A stretch of 64,000 nucleotides of DNA from Callorhinchus milii (Eukaryota): positions 58,654,001-58,718,000 of the forward strand of contig NW_024704742.1 of NCBI RefSeq assembly GCF_018977255.1. Reading direction: 5' to 3'. Under the pieces are notes generated by a model, which saw nothing but the letters and a program-made list of their open reading frames with translations, made no database searches and was not told the origin of the DNA. Of the stretch, positions 62,666 to 64,000 are shown one piece after another. Each line of letters begins with the position of its first letter. Position 1 is the first letter of the stretch. Both the position numbers and the translations under genes were made by a program.

Positions 62666-63604
62666 ATTTGTTTAAATGTTCCGATATCAGCATCATAGCC
62701 TATTTCCCCCCTATGAACTTGCTAAATAATAAAAAAAATTCCCTAATCTAAATATATATGAAATATTACAGGCACTTTGCTGAGTTGGAATTTATGGAAC
62801 ACGTCACAACATTCAATGTCAATGTTAATTCTGCTATTTTTGTTTAATTAAGCATTATCCCTCTAAGCAGCATCCACCAGTGTTGCCAACCACAAGCCAA
62901 TGGCCCAATTATCCAAAAAAGACACTTTCTTTTGCACGACTATTCAGAAGTGTGTTTGGACAAGGTCTACCTCTGACCTGGGGACCAGTCTGCGTATTAA
63001 ATATCATAGATGGCTAACTTCAAAGCAGGCACTTAATACCTAGATTGTAAATCAACTAAGATATCATAACACCCCCCATCCCCCGGACCCAAAACAGTCC
63101 TAATGCCAGAAAATATGAATGTTATAAGTTAACAAACAGATCAGCAAATTAAGTACTCTTTTATTTATGTCTATAAGTATTAAAATTAGATCCAAGGGGT
63201 AAACTCTTTGAATGCGATGCTAGTTTGAGTCTTGATTTGCCAGGATATAAAGCACAGTAAAAAGAGATTACAAGATCACAAGATTAGTTCAGAAGAAAAA
63301 AGACATTAGACCCATCTGATCTCATTCTTCCATCTTGTCTCTGATTGTTTTCTTTGTTTGACTGCATCAAAAGTCTCGGACAACAAAGAAGAGCTGATGA
63401 GAAAACCAATAAGAAACAGATTGGTTGGTAGTTTAAAAAATGTTTTTTGAAGAGACATCTCCATCAGCTAATCAGTGTATTCAGCAACAAGAGTAATTGA
63501 GGAGATATGACCTTTGCACTCATACATTACCTTTTCCCATTACAAATCTAATAATGCAAACTTTCATAGATCTACTGACGATCACAGTGCTCACCTTGGT
63601 TGGC

Positions 63605-63671
63605 TGATCCATTGGATGTCATGTATTACTTTTAAAAATTACATTGATCCATTGGATGTCGTGTATTACTT
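63605..63671. repeat. 27-bp direct repeat, period 40
   Basis: TGATCCATTGGATGTCRTGTATTACTT at 63605-63631 and 63645-63671 (one mismatch). Confidence 0.9.
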
Positions 63672-64000
63672 CTGACTCACTCAGACAGTGACAAATTGCT
63701 TCACAAATGGCAATTGTGTTAAACTACAAGCAAAGAAAGCACACTGGTGTTTTTTGTGAACTGGGTAAACTTCCCATTTATTTTAGAACATTAGGCAAGC
63801 AAAAAGACTGATTTACATTTCACTGGGTTAATGAACCCACATATAATCTTCAGGTTAGAAAGATGCACACTCAGTGATCAACGTTTCCTCTACTTGTTCC
63901 CAGCTCTTATTAAATATCTTAATCACAATAGGAATTTGACACAAGACTGTTTCCTTCATGCCAGGCATGGTTGACTGTGACAGAACAGGAGTGAGTCCTG

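Noticed and set aside
63605..63671. CRISPR-like repeat-spacer-repeat
   Set aside because: Only two repeats, a 13-nt spacer, vertebrate context and no cas genes.

Overview
Vertebrate, repeat-rich, apparently intronic or intergenic DNA with no intact protein-coding gene that I can recognise. The repeat repertoire consists of L2 LINE 3' fragments with (GTT)n tails, many CR1 fragments, and abundant tRNA-headed SINEs with a Deu-type segment (GGGACATTGCTGTGCGCAATTGGCTGCC) and an L2-derived tail. This points to a cartilaginous fish, possibly a chimaera, which is an inference from repeat style only. The long ORFs in the track are mostly decayed L2/CR1 reverse-transcriptase pieces, their antisense shadows, or chance ORFs. 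The most informative structure is in the mobile DNA: (i) a modular three-subfamily SINE series sharing a 3' stem-loop with local L2s; (ii) several nested insertions with readable target-site duplications; (iii) two different L2 copies truncated at almost the same point; (iv) an unclassified repeat with direct and inverted TGTGTCAGGCACCCAG motifs; (v) a 31-bp-arm palindrome built from a SINE tail. The repeat-free islands hold candidate minus-strand promoters and short first exons (about 6.4, 16 and 35 kb), small exon candidates and enhancer-like motif clusters. None of these can be confirmed from sequence alone. I found no convincing novel multi-gene system. Repeat boundaries are approximate unless a TSD is quoted.
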